DNA of 64,000 nucleotides. It comes from Strigamia acuminata (lineage: Eukaryota). Every line of letters starts with the position of its first letter. The stretch's first letter is position 1. The position numbers were made by a program, and so were the translations under genes. Of the stretch, positions 26,322-39,700 are shown one piece after another. Under the pieces are notes generated by a model that saw only the letters and a program-made list of their open reading frames with translations, did no database searches and was not told the DNA's origin. Location of the stretch: assembly GCA_949358305.1 (NCBI GenBank), contig OX442314.1:6448001-6512000 (forward strand). The letters are read 5' to 3'.

Positions 26322-27040
26322 CGAATAAGCTTATTTAGATTTCTTATAGCTTCTTCGAAATCAGCTACTATCGTATTTTTGTCACTTTCTTCTAGTGGAC
26401 AAATCTCTTGCCAATGACCACGAGTATTGCATATACTGCATGGATTGGGCATTGGAGCTCTGTCTGCTGCGGTAGGTAAGGCCATTTGATTTGTTGTAGT
26501 TGGAAAGGACCGGCGAGAACGAGTACTGGTTTCAGTTGGTTCTCTGGATGCTATAAGTGGTTTCGAATTCTTATTCGGTTTCACTTTTTTGGTGCCAAAT
26601 GTAACTTTTTTCTGTGTTACATTTGGTCTGAATTTTCCGGCTACTGGTCCATTTTTTGTTATTAGGACAGTATCGATGCTATCTAATCCTATTTCTTCAG
26701 TCTCCTCTCGGGGACTGATTGCTTTTGTCTTCATTAAATGAGGTAACTTCTTTAAAATAAAACGAGAAGTTTTTAAATCATTTTTCTGTTTAATTCATTC
26801 AGGACAGTTGTTTCCTCCTGCGGAATGTGTAAAGGAAACTTTAGTTTTTCCCTTTTGGTCATATTCTGCACTTGAACATGTATTTCCTTTAGCATTTAGA
26901 TGCGCCCTTTTGGCTGCACTTAGGCAAGCTTCATATCTTTCGTTCAAATGAACCTGATTTTCCAGCAGAAATTTCACTGTTTTTGAAATCTCTCCATAAT
27001 TAGGTGCATCGGGTAAGAGTAATAGTTTGCTGAAATAGTA

Positions 27041-28658
27041 CAGTGGGGGGCAAAAGTAAGTTTACAACAGCTACTTTCAAAGTTAAGGGCTTATATCTTT
27101 AAAAATAATAATGCTAGAACCATGAAAATTTAATCCTGTATTTATTAAATGTGTACCATTATTCAATTAAATTTTCAGAATTTTTATTCTATTGGTTTTT
27201 AAATAAAAAAAAAATTTCAAAACCAAACCGAAAAATGATGGGCAAAATTAAGTTTACAAATGACATTAGAGGGCAAAAATTATCAAAACACACAAACTGA
27301 GGATGTGGAAAATGAACACACGCAGTCTAATTTGCATATTAGACACACTGACGTTTTGAATGCAGCTCTAAAAGTTTTACAGAGAAAAATGGTGAAAACA
27401 AGAGAGTTATCGCTGACTGAAAGAGCAGCTCTAATAAAAGACCGCTTGGACCTTAATTTGACCTACAGGCAATTAGAGAAGAAGTATGAAATAACAGCAA
27501 TGGGTGTCCAAAAGATAATTAAAAAGTTTGAAACTACTGGACAGATTATTAGTGCAAAGAGAAGTGGCAGAAAACCAAAGTTCACTGAGAGAGAGCGGAA
27601 AACTGTTATAAGAGCAATCAAAAAAAATCCAAGCACAACTAGAAGAGAAATTCGAGAAGAATTTAAAGATCAATTCAATAAAGACATATCAAGGAGGCAG
27701 ATTACAAGAGAATTACGAAAGGAGGGATATAAAGGAAGAAGAGCACGCCAAAAACCCTACATCTCTCCTAAAAACAAAAAAAGGAGATTGGAATTTGCTC
27801 TCAAATATGTTGATAAACCACTCAAATTTTGGGAGTCTGTGATGTGGAGTGACGAAAGCAAGTTCACCCTGTTGAAACAAAGGAAGAAAACAGTGTACAG
27901 AAAGGATGGGACTGCATTCAACAGAAAGCATGTGCAGCCAACAATTAAGCATCCACCCTCTGTCATGGTCTGGGGTTGTTTTGCCAACAGTGCAACTGGA
28001 AATTTGCAGTTCATTGATGGAATTATGGATAGTAAGAAGTATAAAGACATTTTAGAAATTAATTTGGCTCCATCCAAGATAAAGCTGGGGTTAAAAAGAT
28101 GGTGGCATTTTCAACAAGACAATGACCCCAAGCATAAATCGAAACTTCTGACTGCCTATTTTGCCTTTAAGAAGATTAGTGTGCTTGATTGGCCCTCCCA
28201 GTCACCCGATCTCAACCCCATCGAGCATCTATGGGAGATTTTGGACAATCGGGTGCCTTTAGCAAGTCGCACAAACATTCCTGCATTCAAAGTTGCTTTG
28301 CAGGATGTTTGGAGTAAAATCCCTCCCAATGTGTTGCTGAATCTGGTTCACAGTATGCCACGACGACTCCGAGATGTTCTTAGGGCCAAGGAAGGCCCAA
28401 CAAAATATTAAGTGTATTATTTATAAGTTTTTTATTCATTTGTAAACTTAATTTTGCCCATCATTTTTCGGTTTGGTTTTGAAATTTTTTTTTTATTTAA
28501 AAACCAATAGAATAAAAATTCTGAAAATTTAATTGAATAATGGTACACATTTAGTGAATACAGGATTAAATTTTCATGGTTCTAGCATTATTATTTTTAA
28601 AGATATAAGTCCTTAACTTTGAAAGTAGCTGTTGTAAACTTACTTTTGCCTCCCACTG
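27041..28658 (+). mobile_element. Tc1-family DNA transposon, IR/DR type, apparently intact
   Basis: TA TSD (27039-27040, 28659-28660); ~220-bp near-identical TIRs starting CAGTGG; internal direct repeats GGGCAAAA(G/T)TAAGTTTACAA near 27048 and 27241. Confidence 0.95.
27389..28411 (+). CDS. Tc1 transposase, DD34E (340 aa from MVKTRELS; an upstream in-frame ATG lies at 27260)
   Basis: HTH region, GRKPK AT-hook, WSDESKF, QQDNDPKH, WPSQSPDLNPIEHLW; 34 residues counted between D and E. Confidence 0.95.
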   Translation: MVKTRELSLTERAALIKDRLDLNLTYRQLEKKYEITAMGVQKIIKKFETTGQIISAKRSGRKPKFTERERKTVIRAIKKNPSTTRREIREEFKDQFNKDISRRQITRELRKEGYKGRRARQKPYISPKNKKRRLEFALKYVDKPLKFWESVMWSDESKFTLLKQRKKTVYRKDGTAFNRKHVQPTIKHPPSVMVWGCFANSATGNLQFIDGIMDSKKYKDILEINLAPSKIKLGLKRWWHFQQDNDPKHKSKLLTAYFAFKKISVLDWPSQSPDLNPIEHLWEILDNRVPLASRTNIPAFKVALQDVWSKIPPNVLLNLVHSMPRRLRDVLRAKEGPTKY

Positions 28659-29585
28659 TATGTTAAACCATTTCGAAATTTTTCGTCAACTGTGGCATCG
28701 TCAGGTTGAGGAGTCATTTGCCACAGTATTTCTTCCCTTCGACGTAGGTAAGAGCGTAGCCCTTCTCCTTTTTCTTGCTTTAAATTTTTCCAAAGCAAGA
28801 GAATGTCTTCGAATGGTTCCGGGAATGTGTACATAAATTCTCTTACAAACACATTCCAATTAGTAAACTTTTTTCTTCTAAACCAATCTCTGGCTTTACC
28901 TATCAAGGCACGTGGTACTAATTTGTTAAGCGTGTCTTGAGGTCCACAGCCGTGTTTTTGGGCTATGTTTAAAATTTCATCTAGAAAACTGGATCCAATT
29001 GACCATTCTCCATTAAAAATGGGAGGAGACATTTGATCCCAACGAATATATTTTTCGTTGACTCTTGGATGCGTCCAGTTTACAGACGCGAAATTGTCAA
29101 TTTTGCGCAGAATGTATTCTTCACGTTGATCATCTTGTTCGAAGTTATCGACGTCTTCGTCAATGTAAAAAGGTGTAGATGGACCTTTTTTGTGTATCCT
29201 AACTCTAGGTTGACTTCTCTGGTTTACTAGAGAGGAGTCTTCTGTGACCGGAAATTTATTCAAACTTTCATTTGTCGGAAAAGAGTAGTCAAGTTGCTTG
29301 TCGTTTGTAGTTAAACAAACTTTCCTTTCTGCAAGTTCTCCTTCCGTAGATTTATTAACGGTTACGTTAATATTACCGTCATTTTTTAATAGATCATTAA
29401 CGTCGACTTGATCTTCTTGATTCATTTTCTCCCTGGATGAGTCGTCAGACGACTCGGGTTGATCGGCGATTACTTCACAGGGGGTGTCAAGTATATTTTG
29501 TAGATTGTCGCTAATTTCACTTAAGCGATCTAAATCTCTTAAAATTTTCTTTGTAGCGTTGTTCCGAGATGTGTGTGCTGATTTT

Positions 29586-32500
29586 TGTGACGGTGACGAC
29601 CACAACTCCCATTTAACAATGGTACCGGGAATAGATCGCAATAGAATAACAGTGAATATAATACGAGATAAATACAAGACAGTTTATTGTTGGCAAACAA
29701 TATGAATGAACTAGATTATACATAGGACTAATGCCGACATTTGGCAAGTTAACTTACTAATTAAACTATACATCAAATTGGCCAATTGGCCCTAAAATAA
29801 TATCATTATGTGTCGAAGATGCGGGAGCGGTTTCCACATCGCTCGACCTGTTTTACAGATGTCATCTAAGCCGGATGGCTGTCTCCTGGAGTCCGATACG
29901 GCTTCACTGGTTCCTTGGTTCGCTTGTGTAAATTATCGCACGTCGATAAATCGAGAGATCTGAGAGATGCGGTTGACTCATGTGCACCGCCACAACTTTA
30001 GGTTGGATATTGGTGTAAGTAAATGTATTCATTTACTTATCAATATTCCGATTATGAATTATATTTAATTCATAAGTGTTGTGAGTTTTCTACTGGATAT
30101 TTCGTCGATAAGTTGTCGTCAACTTATTTATCCCATTGAGTTCAATGTATTCGTGTTTTAAGTCTTCTGACTTGATTAATTAACTTGTTGCCAAGTTAAT
30201 ATTGTTCTGTCGTAAATGTAAAGGATAAATGTTAGACTTCCCGTCGCAACACACAATTGCCGTCGATAGAAAACGCCTTGCCATGCAGAACGGTATCAAG
30301 CGTCCCCTGCGCCGCAACACGGTCGTTCGTCTAGCGATTGACGGTATTACGTACACAGGAGTCGATAGCTCGCGGCTCCGCACAGCAGTTTAGTCCTTCG
30401 CGGTACTAATAACAAAACGACTGCTTTGGCACCAAATACCATGTGACGATTCTACTTTTGGCTGATTTATTAGCCATTTAACAAGATAAATCGGTCGGAA
30501 CAAGACGTTGTTAAGACTAACAACAACCTAACCGAGATAAGCTACGAAATGTGCGCTAAATGAATAAATGACCAAATAATACGTACTTACGATTTTACCT
30601 GCTTGTTTCTACGAATACAAATGGTTCGGGGTTCTGGTTACGTGTAAACGGGCGGCTACACTGGTTGAGGATCCGGGCGATGCTCGAAGGGTACGGCTGA
30701 CTTTGCGGCATCGTCACAAATAACGCTACGGAGACGTATTCGGCTCCGCAGCACGAACGACTTTGAATGCGAAGAATCCTTCGCATTCGCCGAGATCTAA
30801 ATTTGCTGATCATTCAATCGAATGATTCAGACTTCGAATATAACTAGAACTATAAAAATGCAACAAATAAAAGTTAGATATTATTTTTATGGGCGGGGAC
30901 AGTCACGATAGTCGAGGGGACCATCGCGGGAGGTTTTGACACCTCCATCCGCCAGCATGCCTTACGACGTCGAGATCTCGTGATCAGGCGCCGGGTAATT
31001 AATTAATGGATATACCATTTAGTGGATTTACCAGTATCCAAGTAGTTTGTTTAGCACGGTATTTTGTATACCGTTCACGGGCTACCAACCCGGAGCAACT
31101 ACATTATATTAGACCTTCACCGACCTTTAACGTACGGAAGGGCCAGCCATAGAAAGACTGGGACCTGAGAGATTGCGGCACATGATTGTCCATAACAACC
31201 ATCCTTACCGCGACCATGGGCCAGTTAGTTGAGGGGCCCACTTTCATCTGGCAAGGCCAACTGTATATAAACATTATACTATGTCACCGTACGAAATCCT
31301 ACTGCTCCTTAGAGCAGCTGGCTAATCGCTACGGGACCATTTGTTTACCGGAGTTAGTCTTCCCGAAATGACGCTACAACAACAATATCCATTAGGATGA
31401 GAGTCGAGGGGGCCTGATGTGTCGATAAGAAAGAGAGAAATCAAACGATAACCAACAATACATACAAACATTATTCAGAGCAAGCCAGGGGGGTGGTAGA
31501 AAACCAGAGCTTATATAGTTCTGGAGAACAATCAGATTGGCGATAGCCAATCAGGTGCCTGAATCGACGGATTCGTGGATCACTAGTCCGGACCTAATAT
31601 AGACTGGGGTTCGGACCTAATATGAAATTGGGTCAAGAAGGGTCCGATTGGTCCCCTTCAACAAGTAAATATAAAATATAATATTGATTCGGTAGAATCA
31701 ATTGTTTAAGTAAATAATACTTTATCATGTTTAATAAATATCTTATATTTATTCACATCATTATAACAATTAATTATAATTGTCGCAATTCATTCGAAAA
31801 TGCGCGCTTTTAATCAAATAGCGCCGTCTGGCGATAAATCTGGGAAAATACGGTTTTATAACCGTCACAACCATGAGAATCAGCTTGCCAAACACTTGGT
31901 GCTACTCGTGGTTACTGTGAAACAGACTGCTTTGGCACCATCAGGTGAAGGAACCAACTCTCAACAGTCCCGGTGCTTACTCGCGGTTACGAGATGCGTT
32001 CATACCGAAAATGACCACTCAGTCCTGCCCGGAGGATACTGAATTGCACAGAAGGCAGGTTCTTCTCGGCGAGACCGTAAATTGAAACATGTATGCAACA
32101 TAACAATCCAATACGTCGGCTTCAATTGCCGGTGGTTGCATGATTCTGTAGAATCATGCAGCGGTTCTTTGTGAATAAATCATCAAAGAACCAAGTGGTT
32201 TTTCATGGACAACGAATCATATTTCTTAAGTAATAATACCAAACAGAAATAATCAAAACAGAGCCGCGGGATGGCCGGTTGTTTGGGTTTATATAACCTG
32301 ACTGGATTAGGGATTAATCCAATCAACCAATTGGAACATGGGTTCCACGAATCCCTCCAATCCCGTATCACCGGAAGTGGATACGGAGGAGCAATATGCT
32401 AATTCTCACCACAACCGGAACTGGATACCCAGGACCGGAAATGGATCCACCAATCACATCGGTCGGTTGATCGATTGATCGCCAAATCTCCTTTTCTGCT

Positions 32501-32758
32501 GAACTAGAGATTCAATTCACTTATTGTGAATAATAACCATTAATATATATTTATATTAATACGAAAATAAGCTTTGTTTATTCTAATAAATATATTCTTA
32601 TATTTATTTTACCAGTTTTTAACTCGTAATTTGAATTTACCGCTGAAACGTAATCGCGCCATCTAGTGGCGACTTGAAGCATTGACAAATGCGGGTTTTG
32701 CCGAAAACTACTAAAATTCAGCCGTGTTATTAATAAATACCACCTACAAACCGTCATA
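29586..32758 (-). repeat. 3' LTR of element B, interrupted by solo LTR D
   Basis: Matches 44283-46023 with only a handful of substitutions. Confidence 0.92.
30442..31869 (-). mobile_element. Solo LTR D
   Basis: TGTGACGA...CCGTCACA termini, TSD ACCA (30438-30441, 31870-31873); empty site AAATACCATGAGAAT is present in the other B LTR at ~45131. Confidence 0.9.
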
Positions 32759-32870
32759 CATCCCCCTTAATCACTCAACTTAGGAATTCTTTTCATAAGT
32801 TTATGTTATTCTTGCGAAATGACTTTATTAATATCTCAAAAACAGGACTTTTTTCATCCCGAACAACTGA

Positions 32871-33895
32871 CAAGGGGAGGGCACCAATAAGCTATCACAG
32901 ATTGTTGTAATATTAAACAAGAAGGATTGTTATATCATGCTGAATGAGACCCTAAAATAATTTCATTCCATAAACAGCCAACAATGCAAACAATGAGCTG
33001 AAAGTTGGCACTATTTTGTCTGTGTATACATCAAATCTGAGCAATCAGGCCTAGTGTATGAATACTGTAAACAACAGTTGCTAGGTAAAAAATAGTTCCA
33101 AGATCCAAGTTCAATTTTATCATTTGAGATTCAATGATGTCATTTCCTCTTTTGATATCACATGACATATGACATCAGAACTTTGTTCAACAACATGACT
33201 GTCTTCATGAAGACAATAATAGTTTGTAGTGGTGGTCCAGTGGTTAAAGCAATGGACTAGGTATCTTTCCACACAGGTTCAAATCCTGTTGAGTGTGAAA
33301 ATTTTTACATTTATTTTTGTTAAATTTTAGCAGTTATTTTAATGTTTGTAATTTTATATTTGTTTTCAGAAAATTTTAATTTGATTAATTTTAATTTTTT
33401 AACAAATATAAAATTACAAACATTAAAATAACTGCTAAAATTTAACAAAAAATGAATGTAAAAATTTTCACACACAACAGGATTTGAACCTGTGTGGAAA
33501 GATAGCTAGTCCATTGCCTTAACCACTGGACCACCACTACAAACTATTATTGTCTTCATGAAGACAGTCATGTTGTTGAACAAAGTTCTGATGTCATATG
33601 TCATGTGATATCAAAAGAGGAAATGACATCATTGAATCTCAAATGATAAAATTGAACTTGGATCTTGGAACTATTTTTTACCTAGCAACTGTTGTTTACA
33701 GTATTCATACACTAGGCCTGATTGCTCAGATTTGATGTATACACAGACAAAATAGTGCCAACTTTCAGCTCATTGTTTGCATTGTTGGCTGTTTATGGAA
33801 TGAAATTATTTTAGGGTCTCATTCAGCATGATATAACAATCCTTCTTGTTTAATATTACAACAATCTGTGATAGCTTATTGGTGCCCTCCCCTTG
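32871..33895. mobile_element. Palindromic tRNA-core MITE, copy 2, inside the 3' region of element B
   Basis: 1025-bp near-perfect palindrome; termini CAAGGGGAGGGCA; TSD TGA (32868-32870, 33896-33898); tRNA-Ser-like sequence at ~33226-33298 with mirror at ~33470-33541. Confidence 0.85.
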
Positions 33896-34288
33896 TGAGT
33901 GCGTGTGCGTATGACTCAAAATAAAATTCATATTTCTGATGTGCGCAACAATTCTTTTTAATGAATTATCAAGAATAAAATATTATTTGGTTACAATAAA
34001 ACAAACTTGAAACTTTACAACACTTAGTCTCACTTCTTCACACAATTATTATTTCAAATAATGGGAATTTTAACATAATTTTTTGGTAAATTATCTCTTT
34101 TTAGCTTTTCATTAATAAATATTAAAAATTATTCTTTTTTAGAATCATCTCTTGATTTTCCCTTAAAAACATGACTTTTCATATCACAAAATGCTTATTT
34201 AAATTGTCTTAAACAGAATACTCTTGTATTTTTACGTTAATTCTAACACTTTTTAAAGTTTTCTAATTTTAGTAATTAACTCCGCGAG

Positions 34289-35968
34289 TCACTTGACTTC
34301 TTCTTCATCGGACTCCGATCCTTCGCTCTCTTTCTTAAGAGTCTCGCTAGACTCGCCGACTTTGGATTTTTCTAGGGGAAGAAATTCTGCTGGTTTTCGG
34401 TCGATGACGAAACTGGGTTCTTTTGAATCTTCGCCTATATCTTCGGCGGGTGGAGATTTCGGCGCGTACTCCGGAGACCTTGGTTCATATTCTGGCGTCT
34501 TCTCAATTAAGTTGTCGTTATCCTCCATGTCCTTCTTAGAGGCATCATATATTTCCGCAATGCAGGGAAGTCCGTAGAACCATGAAGGATTGATTAATCC
34601 TCTTCCTTCCGTGTTGATTCTGTCTATTAACAGTGTCCATACATGCTCTAATAAGGCAAAGGATTCGCCTCGATTGGCGTTAAATATCAACTTCATCACA
34701 TGGACAGCATAGTTCGAGGGATCGGTAGAGCCTGAGTGCATTTGTCCCGTAATTCTCTCGGCAATCCTAAAAAGCGTCGGGAAATAGTAGCTCACCTCGA
34801 ATTCGAACAGGTGCGCAATTTTCGCTTTTGGTGGAGGGAAAAAGGGTTCGACAAGAAGTTCATTCTTGGCTTCTTGTTCGCGGTTCTTGGATACCGTTTG
34901 ACAACCTTTATCGATGGTAATCGCATTTCGTGGGTTGTTTGAGCTTTCCAAAGCTTCTTGTGGAATTCTTAAATCCTGCATTTCCCTGCCTAGCGGAGTG
35001 GTTATGGCGTTCAAAAAGTCCGGGCTGATGTAAGGCGATCTTCCATCACTGGAGAGGACAATTTTACACTCCGGGCAGGTTGCCCACAACCTGGCCGGGG
35101 GAGGGTGAATTCCCTTAACCACAAACGGCAGAAAGCTGGGACGCCAAGGTTGGCTTTTGGGCCGCTTCTTTGTGCCCTCGCAATTGGAACATTGCGCCAG
35201 GTGGCCTCCTGTTCCCGATCCTGAGACCCACCCGACGGCGGAACAGAAAGGACACGGCACTTCGTTTTTGGAAAGTACCATGTTGTCGTGTGGTTTGCCG
35301 TTCTCCGAATCGCGTTTACACTGGTCCCGTCTTTTCTGAATCTGACGGACCTTATTCGCCAATTTTTGGCGATCGGACCATGAGCTGGTATTGGACCTAT
35401 TTCTAGGTTGGTCGGACCTTCGGTAGGAAGAATACGACCTCTTTTCCCGATCTCGGTCGGGTGAATCGTTAAACTTAACGTATTCTCTTTTTGAACGTTC
35501 CTGACCAGTACAAGAGGAAGGTGTAGCGTCTTCAGAGGTTCGGCGGCGCTTAGCTTCCGTTGGTGGAGATTTTCTCCTTCGTTCTGGCGACTTGACTCGG
35601 TTGTACACAATCTCCACCTTTCGCGATTGACTGGTACCCGGCTGATTTTTCTCAATCGGCGGATTATTTCTAGTGAAGTCGTCCGCTTTTATCTTTGGGA
35701 TAACAAATGGCTTCGCCGTTGATTCTTTCTTTGCCGGTTCCTCCTGTAACGTGGGGAGTCCGGGTGGACCAAGCTCAGCGGGGAGCAATTCGGGATGTTG
35801 GCGCGCCCAACTCAAAATATCCCAGCCTCTGGCGTTGATAATTACAGGTGTTTTGGGACACCCTTCTACGAATACGGCGGCGGCCGAAGGTGGTGCCGTT
35901 ACTTCTTCATCGGATGAAGAGGACTCAATCAGCACGTACTTTCTCTTCTTTTCGATCTTTTTTCCCAT
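34289..35968 (-). CDS. Element B 3' accessory protein, 559 aa, not env; basic NLS-like N-terminus and CxxC pairs
   Basis: Intact ORF between pol and the 3' LTR; ATG follows acceptor TTTTTTCTCTAG; motifs CPFC, CSNC, CPEC; no evident signal peptide or transmembrane segment. Confidence 0.75.
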   Translation of the reverse strand: MGKKIEKKRKYVLIESSSSDEEVTAPPSAAAVFVEGCPKTPVIINARGWDILSWARQHPELLPAELGPPGLPTLQEEPAKKESTAKPFVIPKIKADDFTRNNPPIEKNQPGTSQSRKVEIVYNRVKSPERRRKSPPTEAKRRRTSEDATPSSCTGQERSKREYVKFNDSPDRDREKRSYSSYRRSDQPRNRSNTSSWSDRQKLANKVRQIQKRRDQCKRDSENGKPHDNMVLSKNEVPCPFCSAVGWVSGSGTGGHLAQCSNCEGTKKRPKSQPWRPSFLPFVVKGIHPPPARLWATCPECKIVLSSDGRSPYISPDFLNAITTPLGREMQDLRIPQEALESSNNPRNAITIDKGCQTVSKNREQEAKNELLVEPFFPPPKAKIAHLFEFEVSYYFPTLFRIAERITGQMHSGSTDPSNYAVHVMKLIFNANRGESFALLEHVWTLLIDRINTEGRGLINPSWFYGLPCIAEIYDASKKDMEDNDNLIEKTPEYEPRSPEYAPKSPPAEDIGEDSKEPSFVIDRKPAEFLPLEKSKVGESSETLKKESEGSESDEEEVK

Positions 35969-36775
35969 TTTTCTAGAGAAAAAATAACATAGGAAACTCT
36001 TATCAATACGATTTATTTATACCGCCATCTATCGTGAAAATTTATCAACTTTCTTGATGGTTTCGATATATTTTTATATCGGGGTTTTATGCGCAGCTTT
36101 TTTACTTATTCGTAATATTCGATAAAATTATCTTGGAAGTACTTACACTAAGAATCTCCGGAATCCACTTAAATATTCACGAGGATGTGGCGTCGATTTT
36201 TTAATTGACAATTCTCGTTGTTTTTAGCAAAGATGTTCTCCGCCCGCGTAGAAATTCTAATTTTATAAATAAAATAGTTGTGAACATCTCTTGATGTACT
36301 AAATTTATCATTACTTACACGTAACACTCTAGTAAAAACGTTGAAATGTCGTGACGATATTTCGAATTTTCTCGAAGGAGAAATTTTCTTCCTCACGCCG
36401 AGGTCACGTGTTCGTCTCTTTTCAGACGAAATTAATCACCGAAGTTTTCTCTCGTCCTTTTCTATCATGAAAGGATTATAACATTAAGTCCCGACACATA
36501 ATTTCCAAGTTTATTGGTAATACATGAGTCTTACCACGAATCTTGAGGTTTTCTTGAACGAAATCGCGACGAACTTTTCTATCGACACAGGTGTCAAAGT
36601 TGGCTCGCACATGTGTGTGAAACTTGTGAGAGAACAAATCCTCTACTCTCTACCCGGGGTATTTTCACCATACTCTCCTATAGGTTATGATTTAACCATA
36701 ATTAATTTGTGGGTCAAAAGTGACCCGATTTTTATCTTTTAAATACTTTATATTTATTTAAAAAATACGCTATCA

Positions 36776-39700
36776 CTAGCGGCGATCTTGAATCAGATGT
36801 ATAAAATCTGTTGTGTATTCTTGATCTGTCGTAGAAATTCGCTTCGTACGAGGTTGCAGTTGTGGAAGTTCACAACTTCTTTTCCTTTTTCTAAGGTTAT
36901 AATCATGTTTTGGATTATTAACTACGATGTCGCTTTCTCTTGAAGTGGGTATCGTAACTTCTTCGGGATCTACTTCCATGTTAGCAGAGTTATTTCCTAA
37001 CTCCTGATTATTTAATTCACTTGAATTATTTACAATTGAACTTTCGTTCATCCAATCGGGGTTTGGGTGATTCTCTACTTTTCCACTTTTTTGGTCGAGT
37101 GTCCAAGTCTCAATCGGGTAAGATGGGATATAAGGTGAGAGATCATCAGTATTTATCGATGGTTCTATTGATCCATCAACTAATTTTCTCAACTTATAAG
37201 CACCTCCTGGTAAAACTTCTGTAATTTCCCATGGTCCGTCTCGTTTCTCTGCGAAACCTTTAGTAATTCCTTTCTCTTTATTAGAAAGAATGTGAGTGGC
37301 TTTCCATACTAAATCACCGACAGTATATTCACAAATGTGAAATTTATTCCTGTGAATCTTGTCGTGTCGCTCATAATTTGCTTGAATACGCAAATGCATC
37401 TCTTGATGTGCTCGACGTAAAATTCCAAGTAAATTATATACGTATTCTTCCGGGTTATTCTTGTCAAATGCATTTGCATGTTGGATGATCCGAGGATCAA
37501 AGGGAAGAGGTACATTTCTTCCTATGTTCAGTAAAAATGGCGTCGCACCAGTTGCTTCGGACTTAGCCGTTCTTGAGGCAAATGCGAATTCATTTAAGAA
37601 TCTTGGCCAATGGGAGTGAATGTCAGAATAAAGAGCCAGCATAACTTTGATGTCTCTATTGGCCCTTTCTGTAGGGTTGGCCTGAGCGTGATACGGACTC
37701 ATATGAGCCATTTTGATGTTGTGTTTTTTACAAAACTCTTCATAAATCGTGGATATGAATTGGCTCCCGTTATCGCTAACAATTTTCTTTGGGTATCCCC
37801 ATCTATGAATCACTTCTCCTAACCTATTCACGATAGATTCACTAGATGCCTTACTTAAAGGGAATAATTCTACCCATTTAGTACATTGATCGATAATTAC
37901 TAATACAAATCTGTATTGGCTTCTTCCTGTCGGTTTGGGACCCATTAAATCAATACAGATTACTTCCCAAGGATAAGACATGTTATGAGGAGTATAACTC
38001 GCTCTATGTTTCTTATGCTGACAGGGTTTGTATTGCTGGCAATGAATACAACTACGAACATAATTACGAGTATCTTTATTCATTTTCGGCCAGTAATATA
38101 TAAGTTTCGCTCGTTCGAGCGTCTTACTCATCCCTGCATGTCCACTTAATGGATGTCCGTGACAGGCAAACAGTACTCTTCGTACTAATGAAGGTGGAAT
38201 GACAGCTTTAAATCCGTTTCCGGAGTCATTCAATTCTTCTTCGAATGTTGGTTTGAAGTAAATCAGCATTTCATTACCATTGTCTTCTTGAAAATCTAAT
38301 TGGTAACCTTGGACTGCTTTCATCCATTCTTTAGTTTTCTTAAACTTTCTCTGTTCGACCTCATCTCGATTCAGATGATCGATTATCATTCTACACTCTT
38401 TGTCGGCCAACTGAGCTTTTATAATCTCTTCTCGAGTCGGTGGGACTTCCTTCAAAACTTCAGTTAAAGCACTAAATAGTGTTTCTTCTGTAGCTTCATT
38501 CATTTCCTCCCCCTTTTCCAAAGTATTGTATAATATTTTGGAATAATCGAAATGAAGCTGCACATTCGTTAGAAATTGGCAATCTTCTCTATTATTCCTT
38601 CGAATAATTTCTCGATTTCCGTCCCATTCTGGCCAAAATTGAGTAATCTCGATTGGCTCACAATAATCATTCTCTGGAATATCTTCGATCTCTAAAGGTG
38701 CTCTCGAGAAGGCGTCGGCAACTTGGTTCTGGGTGCCTTGTCGATATTTAATCTTAAAGGCGCCACATTGAAGTTTAATTGCCCAACGACCAAATCGGCC
38801 CGATGGTTCTGGTGTTCCCATCAACTATTTCAATGCTTCGGCATCCGACTCTAGAGTAAATGTCGTATATTCGATATACGGTCGGAATTTGTCTACTGCC
38901 CATACTACTGCTAAACACTCGAGTTCAGGTGTTGAGTAGCGTACTTCTGCTCCTCTTAGGACTCGACTAGCATAAGCTACGGGTCTAGGAGTCATGATCA
39001 TTTCTCCTTTTCCTTCATCGAAGAATTCTACGTCTTGACATAATACACTACCAAGTCCATCATGTGACGCGTCAGTCAAAATCACGAATGGTTTCATCAT
39101 ATCTGGCATTAACAAAACTTGTGTTTCGTCACATAAGATATTTTTTATTGCTTCAAAAGCTTTTTCTTGTTCTTCTCCCCATTCGAACACTGCTTTATCA
39201 TGCATCATGCTAGTTAGAGGCCTAGCAATTTTTGCATGTTCGGGAATAAATTTCCGGAAGAAATTCGACAGGCCGTAGAATCGTTGAATATCCTTGGAAT
39301 TCTTAGGAGTTGGATATTTCCTAACTGATACTATCTTGTCTGGGTCAGGTGCTAATCCAGTTGGAGTTATTAAATGACCCAAAAATTTGAGTGTAGTTTT
39401 TCCAAATTTTGATTTTTCCTTATTCACCGATAAGTTGGCTTTATCCAATCTTTCTAACACATCCTTGATGTGTCCAAGATGTTTCTCCCAGGTGGTGGAG
39501 AAAATTATAACGTCGTCTAAATAGACTAGGGCGTGTTGGTATAACGCTTCGCCCATCACTCGTTCCATTAAGAACTGAAATGTACACGGCGCATTGCAAA
39601 GACCAAAAGGCATGCGGACAAATTGATAATTGCCTTTTGGAGTATAAAAGGCTGTTTTCTGTCTATCTTCCTCGTCCATCTCGACCTGATAATAACCTTT

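Noticed and set aside
28640..29677. 345-aa ORF with apparent signal peptide (env-like)
   Set aside because: Chimeric: the N-terminus comes from LTR B, the body is element A gag, and the C-terminus comes from the Tc1 TIR.
33226..33298. Functional tRNA-Ser gene
   Set aside because: Acceptor stem and anticodon/variable arms are degenerate; treated as a TE-borne relic.
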